A DNA stretch of 64,000 bases, from NCBI GenBank assembly GCA_048213135.1, contig PS015054.1, positions 319,812-383,811 of the forward strand, in the 5' to 3' direction. The notes beneath the pieces are model-generated. The model was given only the letters and a program-made list of their open reading frames with translations. It was not told the DNA's origin and did no database searches. A program made the position numbers and the translations under genes. The DNA comes from Reclinomonas americana ATCC 50394. Lineage: Eukaryota. Of the stretch, positions 62,932 through 64,000 are shown one piece after another; within the stretch, counting starts at the first letter, position 1; each line of letters opens with the position of its first letter.

Positions 62932-64000
62932 CATGACGCAGGCACCGTTGATGCGCTCGCCACTCTGGTGGCGCACTTCGGCAGCGATGGAGCCGGTTGT
63001 CACTGTGGTGCTTCCATCGTCGCCATCGCCTTCTGGGCAGACATCACCGACGCCGTTGTCGCTGCCGTCGGAGGTGGCGACTGCTGGGTGGCGTGAGGCC
63101 ATGCAGCTGGTGGAGCAAGCGGAGCAGAGGCGGAGGGAGGAGGCAGAGCTGCGTGAGCAGGCGATACAGCGATTGCAGGGTAATGGTGAGGCGTGTCTCG
63201 CCTAACGATGTTGCGATTCATGCTCATTCATCGCTGCGTGTGTAGCGCTGTGGCAAGTGGCAGTGCGTCGTCCTCGTGGTGTGTATGGAGTCGCAGGAGA
63301 GTCGGTGTCGCTTGCAGAGTGTCGACAACGCATGGGGCAAGCGAGCGCGGCGATCGTGCATCGAAAATCGTTGGTGTCTGCGGTGCCGCTGCTGTGGTGC
63401 ATGGTGGACCTGGTGCAGGCGAACGGGGAGCGCGAAGAGCTGCGTGGCTTGTGGGACGATGTGCTGTGCGTGGTGAGCTTGGCTGTTGTGTTGTGCGTGG
63501 CAGCTGCATGCATGAGTTCATCGGTCTTCCAACATGAAGCTGCAACACGACCAAGGGCAAGCGGCGAAAGCTCTGGCGGTGATGGACGCGGTGCTTGGCA
63601 TGTCGGCGCAGGAGTATCACTGGTGCGTCCGTGGGGTGGCGACTTGCGTGCATGTGTACGTCGGTGTGGTGACAGCAAATGTGCAGCGTGGTGTGGCAGC
63701 TGGTGCAGCTGCACGATGCACTCTTCCACGCCGCGCGACATCTCGGCTCGCCCCACGATGACTTGGCATGGATGCGTATGTGGCACCAGTTGACGTACCT
63801 GCAGCTGTGGTGTGGTGCACTGCCGGCATTGTGCCCGCCGTGGACCATGTCTCTGCAGGAGTTGCATGAGGCCGCTGGCGTCGGTGACAGAGCGCCGCAT
63901 CCATCCCTTCTTCGAGGTTCGTCGCACAGGTCGTGAATCCTGTCTGCATCACGCGCTCAGCCTCTTATTGCAGCCGTTTGTCGGGCACTATACTCTGGAT
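62932..64000 (+). CDS. Hypothetical helical protein, 5' part (runs off the window; start uncertain)
   Basis: Protein-like exon fragments (WREAMQLVEQAEQRRREEAELREQAIQ; LVSAVPLLWCMVDL; WMRMWHQLTYLQLW) separated by GT-AG-bounded segments. Confidence 0.5.

Noticed and set aside
61832-63205. 457-aa plus-strand ORF
   Set aside because: Mostly antisense to RAB3GAP1 exons. Only the part after ~62932 plausibly belongs to the next gene.
1-64000. Hundreds of overlapping ORFs on all six frames
   Set aside because: These are shadow ORFs expected in GC-rich DNA. The real genes are spliced and account for nearly all the sequence.
1-64000. Alternative genetic code or stop readthrough as the explanation for broken ORFs
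   Set aside because: In-frame stops fall within GT/GC-AG introns that have branch-like CTGAC/CTCAC sites, and TAA, TAG and TGA all serve as terminal stops.

Overview
Compact, GC-rich nuclear DNA from an intron-rich eukaryote. It is probably a flagellated protist, because it carries the axonemal N-DRC genes CCDC65/DRC2 and IQCG/DRC9. I cannot name the taxon. The standard genetic code fits all models. About 21 multi-exon genes are packed with short spacers (38 to about 450 nt, one of about 1 kb), and introns are mostly 55-100 nt, so the ORF track shows only exon fragments and shadow ORFs. All gene models were spliced by hand and are given as gene spans. In order: UBR4/BIG (3' part), ABCG transporter, CCDC65, FNTA, WD40 protein, ALG9, CDIN1, PH-domain protein, acylated low-complexity protein, ITPA, signal-peptide small HSP, MED17-like, RTRAF, TSG101, LRR protein, IQCG, a giant (~3,000 aa) type I surface protein with ~23 Ig/IPT-like modules, TMEM170-like, a large uncharacterised protein, RAB3GAP1 and a partial unknown gene. 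The most striking signal is a second, abundant class of 5' splice site, GTTGCGT/GTTGAGT (the usual GTGCGT/GTGAGT with an extra T). I counted about 40 by hand, almost all after a non-G exon end, which suggests routine shifted or bulged U1 pairing or a variant snRNA. I saw no rRNA, tRNA, CRISPR array or transposon.
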